Origin: Octopus vulgaris
Taxonomy: Eukaryota
Assembly (NCBI GenBank): GCA_951406725.2
Contig: OX597827.1
Span: 55,180,001 to 55,244,000, forward strand
Reading direction: 5' to 3'
DNA length: 64,000 bases
A program made the position numbers and the translations under genes. Of this stretch, positions 51,049-64,000 are shown piece after piece; position 1 is the first letter of the stretch, and the number at the start of each line of letters is the position of its first letter. The notes beneath the pieces are model-generated. The model saw only the letters and a program-made list of their open reading frames with translations. It did no database searches and was not told the origin of the DNA.

Positions 51049-54000
51049 TGTGTGTATGTGTATGTATATTAACACACACACACACATAGATATGCAGACA
51101 GAAAGACATATTTGTCTAACTGTTTAACTATCTTCAAATATCTACATTCATAGATAGCACTTCAAGACATAATTTCAGCATCTTTATAAACTTATTGCTT
51201 CATTTATCTGATTTTATCAAAGTAAACTGACTTTGAATCTATTGAAAAATAAATCTAGTTTCAACAGATTCAAAGTCTGTTTATTCTGTAAAGGCAAGCT
51301 CTGAAAAAGTTTTAAAATCTCACTTTATAATATCAGAAGGGGAAGTAAGTAACCTAGCTAAATTCAAAAAGGAAGACTGAACAACATGCCCAGTATATCA
51401 TACCTGTCATGCTCCACTAAATACACACCTGACAAAATATGCAACATGATCCAACAATAGACTGAAGCACAGTTTGTCTAGCTTGAAATCAATTGGCTAC
51501 TTTCATGACTATGATCCACTCAACAACTACAATAACAACAACAGCAGTATGGTGGCAATGGTGACAGCAGCAACAATGTAATATTTAAACTATTTTAGGG
51601 GTTTTTTTCTCAGTCCTTTCCAAAAATCATTTATCATTAACTTCAAGATATTGGTGTAATTGTCATCATCATTTAATATCCATCTTCTTTGCTAACAAGG
51701 GTTGGATGGTTTGACAAAATCTCATCACTCCAAGGTCTGTATCAAGGTCCAGTGACTGCTCTGGCATGGTTTCTACGGCTGATTTTTACCTATTACCCGT
51801 CACTTTACAGGATATACTGGATGCTTTTTTTTTTTAAATAATGGCATGAAAAAAGCACCCAGGTTTTTTTTTTCTTTTGTACTGATTGCCATGCAGCTCA
51901 AAAGACTATGAAACTCAAGGTGAGGAAAGAGTAGAGCAGGTTCCTGTAGAGGAACTACATGGCTACTCACATTTAGAGGAGAGAATGAGAAAGAACCAGT
52001 AGCAGTAGTGAAGAGATAAAGAGTTAATAATATATTATATGTTTTTTTAACCGTTGTATACCAATAGTAAAGAAAGTGTTAAATGTTTTACAGAAATCTT
52101 ACAAAAAGAAAACCACATGTTCTTGTATCATCAGACATCAACTCACACTATGAAGTAAACCTAATTTTACTTACAGCATTAGATTAGCATATGTTGTGTT
52201 ATAAGTAAACTTGCTATATTTGATAGTTTATAAGGTGCATGAGTTTATATGATGCATCTCAATTGCAGCAGGCCTTTTCTTCTCTTGCTACTTGCCAATA
52301 ACCTAAACTTTAACTTTGTATTTATAAGATACATGCTTATGTGAAGGTATGTGGCTCAGTGCTTAAGATATTGGGGTCACAATCATAGGTTCAATACCAG
52401 CGGTACATTGTGTCCTTGGGCAAGACACTTTATTTCATGTTGCTCCAGTCCACTCACCTGGCAAAAATAAGTAGCACCTGTATTTCAAAGGACCAGTGTT
52501 ACACTGAATCTACCCAAGAATTACTTGGTACATGCATATGAGGAATGCTCAACCACTTGCACATTATTTTCATGAGCAGGCTGTTCCATTGATTGGATCA
52601 ACTGGAACCCTCATCATCATAACTGACAGAGTGCCAGCTTTTAAGATACATACTGATTTTCTGGGACATCTTTTAGTTTTCTTTCGGAAAAGGGAGTGCC
52701 TTATTAGCCACTAAACACAGTAACTAACACCGCTTCGTTTATTTGGTCAGTTTACAAATGCCATTTCTTCTTTTTTGTTGCACTGAAGAATTAATGTTTG
52801 TGGAAAGCAAGAACTTAATTGATCATTAAGCATTCCATATAAATCAATTTTACCTGTGTTAGAAACTATTTAGATTTTTTTTACAGTAAATTAGCTTCAA
52901 CTTTCGCAACTTCATTTTATTGAGTGAGAAGCTTTGGCTGTAAATATTACTTGTAATATGAAAACATTGCTACATTTGTTTCATGTAAATATTGCCAAGC
53001 TAACAGATTACCTTTTGAACTTGCTTTTTTTTTATGTCTGATTCTTAACAACAGACTAATGTAATGTATCTATTTCCATTTTCACTCTTTGATTTTCCTC
53101 ACTTATATAGCTTGAAATTTTTTTTATTTTTTTTTCTGTTCAGCAGAACTACAAAACTTCAACTGTGAAGCAAAGCTGTACCAAATGTCATGTGCCAGAT
53201 GTTGGCAAAATTCCAAAAAGTGAATAGGATTTTGCAAAGATGTGCAGTTTCAGTCTCGTGAAAATTCTAATTAACTTCACTAAAGTAACATATCCTTTTG
53301 TTTACCCTTTTTTCAGTTAAGTGGTTGACAAATCAAGACAAGCAACTAAGTATCAGCCCAACAGCATCAGAAAAATAGCATGTTTTGTATTTAGGAAGAA
53401 CTAGTTAGAAACACTGTATTGGGTAGTCAGTACAAACACAGGCTACCCAAACTAACAGGGAGACACAATTTCAGATGCACTAGATACTCTGAAGTATCTA
53501 ACAGCATGAGTAGTTATGGACTAATGACCATACACTGATCAAGCAGCTAAGTACTAAGTTGTAATATTTAGATATTATTAGATAGATAGCAGAAGAGTTG
53601 CTTTGTGTCCATGTGAGGAAATGTTAGTAACAATGTGTTTCTTACTCTGTGTAATAGGAAAATTATATGAGGCGTACAATCTGTGGATACAACAGCTCAT
53701 CAGGTAAGACATGCAATATGTTCTGAAAGGGAAACCTAATTAGTGAATGTTAAACAAGTGAAACAATTAAAAAAAATATGGTTTGCTGAATGTTCAGTGT
53801 TTACAGACTTAGAGAATTTAAGAAAGTGCAAGAGATTTAAGAAAGTGATTAAGTTTTCATGAGAGAAGATAAGTCTGGTTTGGATGTGTAATGTGAATAG
53901 ATGATACATGTTTGATATAAAGATTAACAAACATTGGTGATTCAAATTATTTATAGTAGAGGTACTTTAATATTAAAACAAGGAAGAAGTAGTCGAATTA

Positions 54001-54998
54001 AACATAAGAAAATTAGTCAAGGCAGTTTCACCAAACTTTTTTTCTACTTGCTGTGTATAGGAAAAAGCTGTAATGCCCATAGCTTTTATCGACCCTTCTA
54101 GACCAGTGAGATAGATGCCTTTAATATACTTCTTGAACCTTCGCAAGTCAATAACTGCAGGAAAGACATGAGCAGAAAGGGAATGCTAGGGGACCAACAT
54201 TCTGGGAAGGGATGACTGGTTGTAGGGATTAGCAAGCAATAAGAATCTAATTAGAAATAATTAGGTGATGAGGAAAAGGCATTATCTCAACGATTAATAT
54301 TATTTTAATTATGTCAACTTGTATAGGAGACAACTCAGAGTATGATTCAATTTATTAGATTTCAGCAAAGCACAGACTTTACTGCACATGCCAAAATAAC
54401 AATAAGAGAAACTAGATGCCTCACTATACAATATTTTATATGAGGTGTGAAAAATTAGAATATCTTAGAAAATAAATTTGAGAAATTATTCAAAGTTGTC
54501 TTTTGTACTTGCCAAAGTAATTGAAATAACATTAGTCATTGACTAATACTTGCTCTTTTCACATAATTATCTCTAGTTACCTTTCTAATGCTCACTACAT
54601 TAAATATGTCAGTAATAACTTAAAAGTTATTTTTCATGTGGATTGTGTCTTCAAGCAATTTTTTCCCCCAGTAATATATCATATTTTCCAAAATAAGAAA
54701 ATTAGGCGCCATAGATGAATCAAAACGTGAAGAAAGAAGCTGTTCTTTAGTGAATGAGAGAAAAATGAGAGAAAAATAATCATTAAAACAGTGATGCTGC
54801 TGCTGATGATGATGAGGGTGGTGGTGGTATGGCAGGGTGATGATGATGGTGGTAGCAACAGTAATGATGATGGAAATGATGGTAGTGATAGCGGTGGTCA
54901 TGTAGTGATGATGATGGGGAGGAGGACGACAATAAAATTCTTACTAAAATAATCCATAGTTTTGTTTGTAGTTGTTTTGTTTTTTAATTAAAGTTGTG

Positions 54999-55226
54999 TT
55001 AACCCTTCCGTTACTGTATTTATTTTGAGATGCTCTGTGTTTCTTTCAATTACTTGAAATATAACAAAGAATTTAGTAAAACAACTTAGTTATCATTCAG
55101 CTAGTGTTAGGGACATAAATTGTGACTAAGGTTTGGAGGAAGATTTTAATTCAAAACTTATGAAAACAAGACATTTGTACTCAGATCCAGAGCCAGTTTC
55201 AGCTGGGTTGGTAATGAAAAGGTTAA
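54999..55226 (-). mobile_element. piggyBac-type MITE, family 1, reverse orientation
   Basis: TTAA ends; reverse complement of the 11863 copy. Another reverse copy begins at about 63955 and runs off the window. Confidence 0.88.
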
Positions 55227-55711
55227 TGTGTGCATGTGCACTCATATGCAAGAACATGACATAGTAAAGAACAAGCTACCTAATTATGTAAATAAAATAT
55301 CATTGCACTGTTGAGCAACAGCAGCAGCAGCCAGCTTCGCTGCTGCCACCACTACCACCATCAACATCATCAACATTATTTTGTGCCCACTTTTCCATGG
55401 GTTAGATGGGTTTTCTGAGGTAGTGTTCTACAGCTGGACACCCTTCTAGTCTCCAACTATTTTGCTCATATCTCACAATATAAGAACACAGTATGTCTAT
55501 TCTAAAACCAAGGCATACACTGCACTATCAATGCATTCTTGATTACTGCATTATATGTTAACTGGTTGAGGATCTTTGAGATACTAGATTAGAAATTAAA
55601 CACATTACACAACAACATCCCAACAACTGAGTCATATATATCAAGCTTCCCAGAAACTATGAGATTTGAACTCAAAATCATATACTACTCATTGATATAT
55701 ACCAATCATAT

Positions 55712-56018
55712 CACTGTGATCACCGTGACCAACCAGGCTATCAGATGTTGCCACACATCGCTGGTCATAATGCGTTCGCATTGTTTTAGCCTTCAAGTGC
55801 CACCACCCTGCTGGCTAAGCGAGCAGGCCAATAGAAGAAAGAGTGAGAGAAAGTTGGCGAAAGAGTATGGCAGGGATCACCACCACCCCCTGCTGGAGCC
55901 TCGTGGAGCTTTAGGTGTTTACACTCAATAAACACTCACAACACCCCGTCTGGGAATCGAAACCGCGATCCTACAACCGCGAGTCCACTGCCCTAACCAC
56001 TGGGCCATTGCGCCTCCA
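55712..56018 (-). mobile_element. tRNA-derived SINE, family A
   Basis: Clear tRNA head ggcgcaatggcccagtggttagggcag...gcggtttcgattcccag; matches 3410-3694. Confidence 0.85.
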
Positions 56019-56516
56019 TATACCTCTCAATTATCTGTGAGTTTTAGCTGGTATATAAAATAATGCAACAACTCAAGTGGAAAACAAAGGTCATGATCCA
56101 TGAATTGAATCATTAATGCTTTACCAAATTGGTCTTCAAGATCAGAAACCTAAATGAGAAAAAAAAATTTCAACTCTTTTGATACCAACACTCCTGAGAC
56201 CACTCATGGTTTTATGATACAAATTTCTTGTTTCAAAGTGCTCCAGATTAAAACCTACCATCAAAATTTAATTTCAATTTATATTCTAATCACTACCTTA
56301 ATGATTCTTTCTACAATAGGTACAAGGCCTGAAATTTTAGGGGAGGGGTCTAATTGATTATATTGACCCCAGTGCTTGACTGGTACTTATTTTATCACAT
56401 CTGAAAAGATGAAAGGAAAAGCTGACCTTGGCAGAATTTAAGCTCAGATTATAAAGCTAGAAAAAATGCCACTTTGCATTTTGTCTGGTGAGCTAACAAA
56501 TCTGCTAGCTTACCGC

Positions 56517-56744
56517 TTAAACCTTTTCGTTACCAACCTGGCTGAAACCAGCTCTGGCTTTGTAATACAAATGTCTTGTTTTCATAAGTTTTGAATTAAA
56601 ATCTTCCACCAGACCTCAATCACAATTTATGTTCCTAACACTAGCTTAATGATAACAAAGTTATTTTACTAAATTCTTTGTTATATTTAAAGTAATTGAA
56701 AGAAACAGAGCGTTTCAAAATAAATACAGTAACAAAAGGGTTAA
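56517..56744 (+). mobile_element. piggyBac-type MITE, family 1, nested in a SINE and an older MITE
   Basis: TTAA ends; flanked by diverged halves of a related MITE (about 56170-56304 and 56745-56851) and a family D SINE (56305-56518). Confidence 0.85.
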
Positions 56745-58095
56745 TACCTGCTTAATGATAAAGTAATGTTAAGAAATTTTTCATAATTTTCAAAATTAAT
56801 TGAAACAAAAGCCATATATTTCATCAGAAATATGGTAATGAAAAAGTTAAAATTGGTATTTGAGGGGCAAAATGTTTCAAGCAGAAAGTGTACCTAGCTA
56901 GATGTTTAAAGTAATGGCATGTAATACAAGATGTTTTAAATTAATGACTACAAGCCCAATAGGTCAAATTTTGATAGACAGTGTAATGTGCCCCTGAACA
57001 ACATAAAATTTCCTGTATGCTTCTTTCAGAAACATAGATGAAAATAAGTGCCAATCCTGTTTTTCTCAGTATATAAGGAAATATATTTTAAAAAATGGAT
57101 ATATAACATGTACAAATTATTACATGCTCTGATATATTGCATATGCAAATATTTAAATTTTCAGATTCTTCTTTTCCTACTTTAGCAGAGATAGATGGAT
57201 GACCAACTATTTAAAAGTAGTGGGGAGTACATTTTGATCTATATAGATTTATATCTTTTAATAAAAGACATATGGTACATTGTTTATATGTGTAGTATGT
57301 AATATTTATAACTAACTGCCATAAGGGAATTTTTACACAACCCAGATTAGGCACTAGCATATCGCCTTCATTAGATTAATATAATTTTCTAAATAACGTT
57401 TATTTTTTTTAAACATGATTATTATTATAGTTGCTGTTGTCTTTCTTACCACTTACCTTTATTATTTGGTGTAGAGAAGTGTTTTGTAAATAAAATATCT
57501 TCAATTCAAAGGGAAATTTTAGGTGTGTTCCTGATTTTTTTCTAAAGAAAACATTCTCAAAAGTTAACACAAATGGGACTAGTTTTTTTATTATTTTTTT
57601 CAAACACTGAAAATGTTTTATCTAAACTAAATTATAACAAGCATTACATTTCATTGTATTGTTAATGACCCAATGAAAGATATGTGTGTTATAAACTTGG
57701 CTGAATTTCTCCTTATCTAAAAATCTAAGGCACTTTGCCTACATAAGAAATTGCTATATTTAATCTATAATAAATCTCTGGGCAAGATATAAACAGTAGC
57801 AATACGGAATCGTAACATAATTGCCAACCAAGTGTGGCATCCTATAAAGGACAGTGCTACTGATGTTTATAGTCCCAGGAAGACATCTCTTCCGGCTGAC
57901 TAAAGACATACATTCTGTGTCTGATTAGTATTTGCGAGGGGAGGTGATCGCTCCCATCACATTCTGAGGGAATCTGGAAAGAAACAGCAATTTTAGCAAA
58001 ACATATTAAGCAACACTAATAATAAATCAAAAAACAAAAATAAACAAGCTTTTGACAGTTTTATAGATATTTCAAAATTATGATGTTATGATGCT

Positions 58096-58128
58096 AGGTG
58101 CTTCCATTATTTTGTCCAACCCCTGTAT
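58096..58128. mobile_element. Tc1/mariner-type terminal inverted repeat, single end
   Basis: ttccattattttgtccaacccctgTA; the same end occurs at about 25975-26005 (ttccattattttgtccaagccctgTA). Confidence 0.55.
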
Positions 58129-59230
58129 GACTATATATATATATGTGTGTATATTAGTATATGTTTATATATATGTAACTATTTTAACCTCTACTTTTCT
58201 ATGCTTGCATAGGGCAGATGAGGCCCCATTGGGGTAGATTTTTCTACAGCTGGATGATCTTCTTCTTGTCATCTTTACATATATACCTATGTACATACAC
58301 ACACAAACACACACACTTTTTTATTCTTTTACTTGTTTCAGTCTTTTGACTGTGGCTTTGAAGAGTGTTAGTTGAAAAAATCAACCCCAGGACGTGCTCT
58401 TTCTAAGTCTAGTGCTTATTCTATCGGTCTCTTTTGCCAAACCACTAAGTTATAGGGACATAAACACACCAACATCGGTTGTCAAGCAATGATGGGGGAC
58501 AAACACAGACACACAAATATATACATATAAATATACATACAAAATTTAAAGAACTGACCACTAAAAGTGGATGGTCAACATGCTAGATATAGACGTCAAA
58601 TCATATATACATATATATACAACGGGCTTCTTCCAGTTTTCTTCTACCAAATCTACTCACAAGGCTTTGGTCAGCCCAAGGCTATAGTAGAAGACACTTG
58701 TCCAAGATGCCATGCAAAGAGATTGAACCTGGAACCATGCGGCTGAAAAGCAAGTGTCTCGACACACAGCCATGCCTGTGCCTATATATAGGTGTACATA
58801 TATATTTATTAATTTATTAACAGTTTGACTCAGTTCCATATGAATAAAAATTTCATGAGGTACATAGGATATTTCCATGTCATCAGATGTCAGCAGATGG
58901 ACATGTCCAATGTGTCCATGAAACTGAGTCAAACTATTATGTAACTCCTACCAAATGTGTTGAATGCCACTTTCTTTTGTTTACCTGCCCATTTGTGCCT
59001 ACACACACACACACACACTCTACTCTTCTGCTCATGCTCTTCCTGTTGCCATATGTGTATGTGTGTGTGAGTGAGGCGTGGCTAATTAGTAAGAAGTTTG
59101 CTTCCCAACCACATGGTTATGGGTTCAGTTTCACAATGTGGCATCTTGGGCAAATGTCTTCTACTATAACCTCAGACCAACCAAAGCCTTGTGAGTGGAT
59201 TTGGTAGATGGAAACCGAGAGAAGACTGTA

Positions 59231-59276
<46 letters not shown>

Positions 59277-59715
59277 ATCTGTGTATGTCTCCCATCACCG
59301 CTTGACAACTGGTGTTGGAGTGTTTACATCCCTGTAACTTAGCAGTTCAGTAACAATGACTGATAGAATAAGTACCAGCTTTTATGAAATACTAATAAGT
59401 ACTGCAGTTGATAAGGTCAGCTAAAATTCTTCAATGTGGTGCCCCAGCATGACCACAATCTAATGACTGAAAGAAGTAAAAGATGTGTGTGTGTGTAAGT
59501 ACACACATCTATGCTATCCCTCTAACCCTGTTCAACTGTAAGGTGAGAAAGGTGTTCAGTTCAGTGCCATGTTTACAGAGTAACAAATCGTCAGCCATGT
59601 TATCCAAGCTCACAACTCTCTTTCAGTTAAGATTATACAAACACTTCACTCAACACAGCATGCATCTTGGAAATCCATTACATTTTATGTATTTCATTAA
59701 AAACAAATAGCTTAC

Positions 59716-59887
59716 TTCTAGTGGAGGATCGGTAAGTTTGAGTATGTGATCGTGGAGAGGAATGTTTTTTAGAACAGCACCTGTGATGCATATTGCTAGG
59801 CTGACTGCACTAAGTGCAGGAGTACCTGGGAGCCACTTTTTAATTGGTGAATCTGGTGGTAAGATTATTTCAGATTTGCATTTTCCT
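59716..59887 (-). CDS. ENO4: Internal coding exon of an enolase-family gene, most like enolase-4
   Basis: Acceptor ctttctattccag| and donor |gtaagc flank a 172-bp open exon (phase 2 to 0) encoding GKCKSEIILPPDSPIKKWLPGTPALSAVSLAICITGAVLKNIPLHDHILKLTDPPLE. It aligns by eye to the enolase motif GANAILGVSLAVCKAGA..KGVPLYRHI. The Pro-rich lead-in and loss of GAN fit ENO4 better than glycolytic enolase; paralog assignment is from memory, not a search. Confidence 0.8.
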
Positions 59888-61923
59888 CTGGAATAGAAAG
59901 ATTCAGAAAAATAATTTAATAAGAAATAAAAATATAAAAGATATTCAATTAGCATACTAAACATTGCATAGGTTTTAATTTTAAGTTGTCATTATTATTG
60001 CTGACCAATGTTGTTTAACTTTCATCCTTTAATATTCAAACCAATCGTATCCAGCCCAAATGACCCACTGTTTTATGTTCAAACTGATCAGATTGAGCCT
60101 CTCACACCTATTCTTCAATGTCATTGTAAAAATAAACAATCACATCATTGAAATCTTGAAGCTACAAGATAATGCATGATTAATCCAAAGCAACGTGAAT
60201 ATATAGGAGGAGACATCCTTCGGTCATGAATGACCATAGGATTGCACCTAGAAAGTTACCCTCCCATGCGCAAGTCCAGGCAAGGTTGTTTGTGGAAGGC
60301 CAGCAGTTGCCCATGCATACCAGCCTCCTTTCTCCACACCACTGATATTATCCAGTGTAATTTTTGGTGCCAATCTGACCCCATCTACCACCCCTTAAAC
60401 CGTTCCCATTCCAAAATAAGACAAATAACCAAGAAATCAAAACAACTTTTTCACATTTCAGCTTTATAGATATTGATTTAATGACATGTAAGTAATTCTC
60501 ACTATAAATCAATAAATAAAGAGTTATTAGTAATTAAAGTTTGAAAATTTTGGTAATTTTAGCCAATCGTAAGCCATAGATACATTCATGGCTGTTTCGG
60601 TTCCTATTGCCATTAGCAACAAAGTAAATCCAAGCAGTCTTTGAAAAGTCTTATCTGCAAGGAAGCATGTGTTGATAAATTTGACACTTTGTTCCGTGTG
60701 ATTATGGCAGCAAGCTCAAACATGTTAAGACTGTTTGTTTAATGTTTGTTTCTTTTTGTCATTGAGCATTGAGGTGGTTGTGAGGTATGCTAAAAATAAC
60801 AGTTAAATAAGATTTTTGGGATAAATATTTCAAATTAAAGTTTGTTCGCCAGCATCTTGCTCAGAGATTTAAAACTAACTGCTTTTACCTTTAAAACATA
60901 AATATTTATTTACATGAAAGAACTTTCATCTAATTCTTCTAAATCTTTCTGTTAAAAATTGTAATGTGTTTATCGCATGTAACGTGTTGTTTATTGCATT
61001 TCTGTTAAACACTGGTGGTTGTGAGGTGTGCTAAAAATAACAGCTAAATAAGATTTATTTACATAAAAGGAAATTACCGGAGACATAACACTTGTTATTT
61101 ACAATAATTGACAACACGAGCTATTTTCAGGATGTTGACGACAAATGTGCAGTCATGCACAAAATAACAGTTTCCAAATCCTGTTTCCTGACCGGATGAA
61201 AATGACCAAACTTTTAAAAACATTTTTCTGGAAAATATGAAATAACTCCAGCAATTCAGTTTGGGAAAGTGAATTATTGTGCCAAATTTTAAAATTTTCA
61301 GTTAAATTTTAAGTTTTGGAGCCACTGGTAACCAAACAGGAAAGATCCTAGGGTTCTATTCATGCAGAGGTTTGCCTCACATTTATTAGCAAAAGGCTAT
61401 GGGCCTAAACACTAATCTAATGGTTCACTGGAAGATGTAGCAGGATTAATTTCAATTAATTTTGGATTATCTACATCAAACAGGATGTATGACTAACCAG
61501 GAAAAACTAGTGGAACAGTAATTATTAATCTAAGACCAGAGTAGCAATAAAAAGCAAAATAAAATTGATATGACAGAATAGTGATAAAAAAAAAAAATGT
61601 TAATCCTTTTTATAGCCTAGATGAAAGTATGACTACACTCCCATCAGAGCAGCAACACTTTAAGCTATAATTCCAAATATAGTTCTGGAACTTTAGCAGT
61701 ACATCTATCTTTGAATATAAACTGATGGTGTTAGGGTCTTGATCATAGATATTCTCAGTGATAAAACCAGTGATTTAATAAAAATGATTTAAAAAATGTA
61801 TCAAATAAGAAGAGAAATCTGATGGATTCAATTGAAGAAAAAGCTAAATTTTGATTATTTTCCAATTTTATTTGGTGGCCCTTATTACAGCATTTAAACA
61901 TCTTTGCCCTTTTAATCATGGCA

Positions 61924-61976
<53 letters not shown>

Positions 61977-61978
<2 letters not shown>

Positions 61979-62640
61979 AGAATTCATGAAAAAAACAAAA
62001 GACGAAGACAGGTGGAGTAGAAAACAAACAGATGTATTAGTATAACGCTCGGGAATTGAAAAAGTCTTTTACATTTCGAGCCTATACTCATCCACAGAAA
62101 GGAACACAGAAAAAAACAGGGAGAGAAACAAGGAGAGAAAAAAAAATGTATGTAGTGGTACCGATCTATCATGGTGACTGCCGGACAGAAGAGCGAAGAA
62201 GTAGGGAACACACACGTCCCTGTTGCCTTCCAAACACCAATCACTTTACAGAGTGAAGTATGTACATTTTTCCTGGTACCACCACCACTGAGAATGCCTT
62301 GCAAATTGCAAGATTAAAAGGCCAAAAGGGGACTCTAAAACTGAAGAAGAATAGCAAAGAGAGAGGGACAGTGAATGATGATTTTAAGTGATGTGATGAG
62401 AGAGGGCGAAGTGTAATGAGAAGAATAGTTTCATAGTTGTAAGAGGGTGATAGTAAGAAGAGGAACAGAGTAGTCACTTTTAGGAAAGGGAGTACTGAAC
62501 GAACAAATGAAAGGAAAAGCATTAGTGTCAATGGTTAGTAAGATAGGGATTAAGTGGTAAGGGCAATGAGGAAGGTTGTGAAGAAGGAGCCCAGGACTAC
62601 CTCAGCATATAAGGGCAGGTATGAGTGAGGACTTTGTGGG
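61977..62640 (-). mobile_element. Penelope-like element terminus with hammerhead-like motif
   Basis: Abuts (TA)n; minus strand 62066-62101 reads cttt-CTGtgGATGA-gtataggctc-GAAA-tg-TA-aaag. The inner boundary is uncertain and no RT or GIY-YIG coding is visible. Confidence 0.45.
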
Positions 62641-63081
62641 GAAGGGAAGATGAAAAAGAGAAAGTTGAAGAAAATGGTGAAGTTCTAGAGAGAGCAATTG
62701 AACACGCACACATCTTACACAATAATGGAGAAAGCCACCTATTAACTAGCTTGCTTTATGTAGCTTTTACTAAAAGAAAGCAATTCTTAAAGTCTACATT
62801 GTCTAGAAAATTCTTAAAAATTCCAATTTTAGTATATGTTTATTAAAATGTAGTTTTCATGTTTCTTTTATTATTGAAGATTTCAACTAATTTTAATTCA
62901 CCATGAGATAGCATATTTTGAAAACTTACACAGTGTGATAGTGTTTTTTAACATTTTACTCCCTTCTCTCTCTTTCCATCCCTTTCTTTATTGCCTCTAT
63001 TTTGATTAGTCTTTTTCTTTCACTATCCCTATGACATTTCCTCTCTCACTGTTATTCTCATCTTAGTATTTTTAACATACT

Positions 63082-63126
<45 letters not shown>

Positions 63127-63755
63127 TATATGTTTACCCTGTATCCTTATGACTTTTCCTCTTTCACTCACAGCCTCAGTTTCTTATCATGCTCTACCTC
63201 TCTTTCTTTCCTCTCTTCCCACTTCTCTCTCCCTCTCTCTTTCTCCCCCTCTCTCAACCATCTCCAACTGTTTTCATTAAAAATAAGTAACTACAAAGCT
63301 TTTCTTGCAAATACTGTGAGAATGTTTGTAAAAATTTTACACTATGTCTATTTATCATCAATATTACACAAAAATTTTTTTTTTTATTTTCATTCAACTA
63401 TACACAAAATGTATAAATCATGTTTCTCTGAATAAATAAGGTCTTGGCCAATTTTCTGTACCAACAGTAATTTTGCATTCATTGTTTGGTAAGACATTGA
63501 TTTTGTTTAACATATTGATTAAAATGCAATAATACACAATTTCTTTTTTATTTAAATGTGAACATTTCTTCCAAAATCAGTAAGGAGAATATTTATGAAC
63601 AACTACTGCAGTCATGGCTGTGTGATTAAGAAACATGCTTTGCAACCATGTAATTTGGGGTTCAGTCCCTTGAGCAAGTCTCTTCTATTATAGCCCCAGA
63701 GCAACCAATGTCTTGTGGTTGAATTTGGTATATAAAAACAGTGATGAAGCCCCTC

Positions 63756-63794
<39 letters not shown>

Positions 63795-64000
63795 TCTTTC
63801 AACACCACTTAACAAGTGTTAGTTTGTTTACATCCCTGTAACTTGGCAGTTTGGCAAAACATACCAATAGAGTAAGTGTTAGACTTCAAAATAAATACTG
63901 TGGTCAATTTGTTCAACTAAACCCTTCAAGATGGTGCCCCTGTATGGTCACAGTTTAACCCTTTCAATACCATATTTATTTTGAGGTTCTCTGTGTTTCT

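Noticed and set aside
53143-53703. Plus-strand exon candidate with a CxxCH-like peptide (QSCTKCHVP)
   Set aside because: Stops after under 30 codons, no partner exons, and the motif is probably chance.
55940-56015. tRNA gene (also 3620-3690)
   Set aside because: The tRNA-like head continues into a shared SINE body in both copies; these are SINE heads.
57457-57541. Possible next ENO4 exon (ctttag acceptor, gtaagt donor)
   Set aside because: The phase-0 frame required after the 59716 exon hits a stop (KKIRNTPKISL*), and the open frame shows no enolase similarity.
60350-61380. Old DNA-transposon-like region sharing ggtggttg(t/c)gag..gtgctaaaaataa motifs with 21000-21620
   Set aside because: Repetitive, but I could not define TIRs, a TSD or coding remnants, so it was left unclassified.

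Overview
AT-rich, repeat-dominated eukaryotic DNA. The SINE families, the very dense (TA)n/(CA)n/(TAA)n/(CAT)n microsatellites and the exon content point to an octopus (coleoid cephalopod) genome; this is an inference from remembered repeat sequences, not a database match. Only one host coding exon is convincing: a 172-bp minus-strand exon (59716-59887) encoding an enolase N-terminal-domain segment most like enolase-4, so most of the window is probably intronic or intergenic. The rest is a layered transposon landscape: several tRNA-derived SINE families (some nested, with target-site duplications), RTE, CR1, CRE-like and R4/Dong-like LINE remnants, a mariner copy with both TIRs, Tc1 ends, piggyBac- and hAT-type MITEs, a non-autonomous Helitron, Penelope-like ends with minimal hammerhead motifs, and a probable solo LTR. 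The most notable items are (1) a near-full-length U6 snRNA copy ending in exactly four T's and fused directly to a SINE/LINE 3' tail, (2) an RTE reverse transcriptase with a PHD-finger-like insert inside the RT domain, (3) (TAA)n-targeted elements, and (4) several young perfect or near-perfect inverted and tandem duplications. Nearly all ORF-track entries are microsatellite or SINE artefacts. Repeat boundaries are approximate unless a TIR or TSD is quoted.
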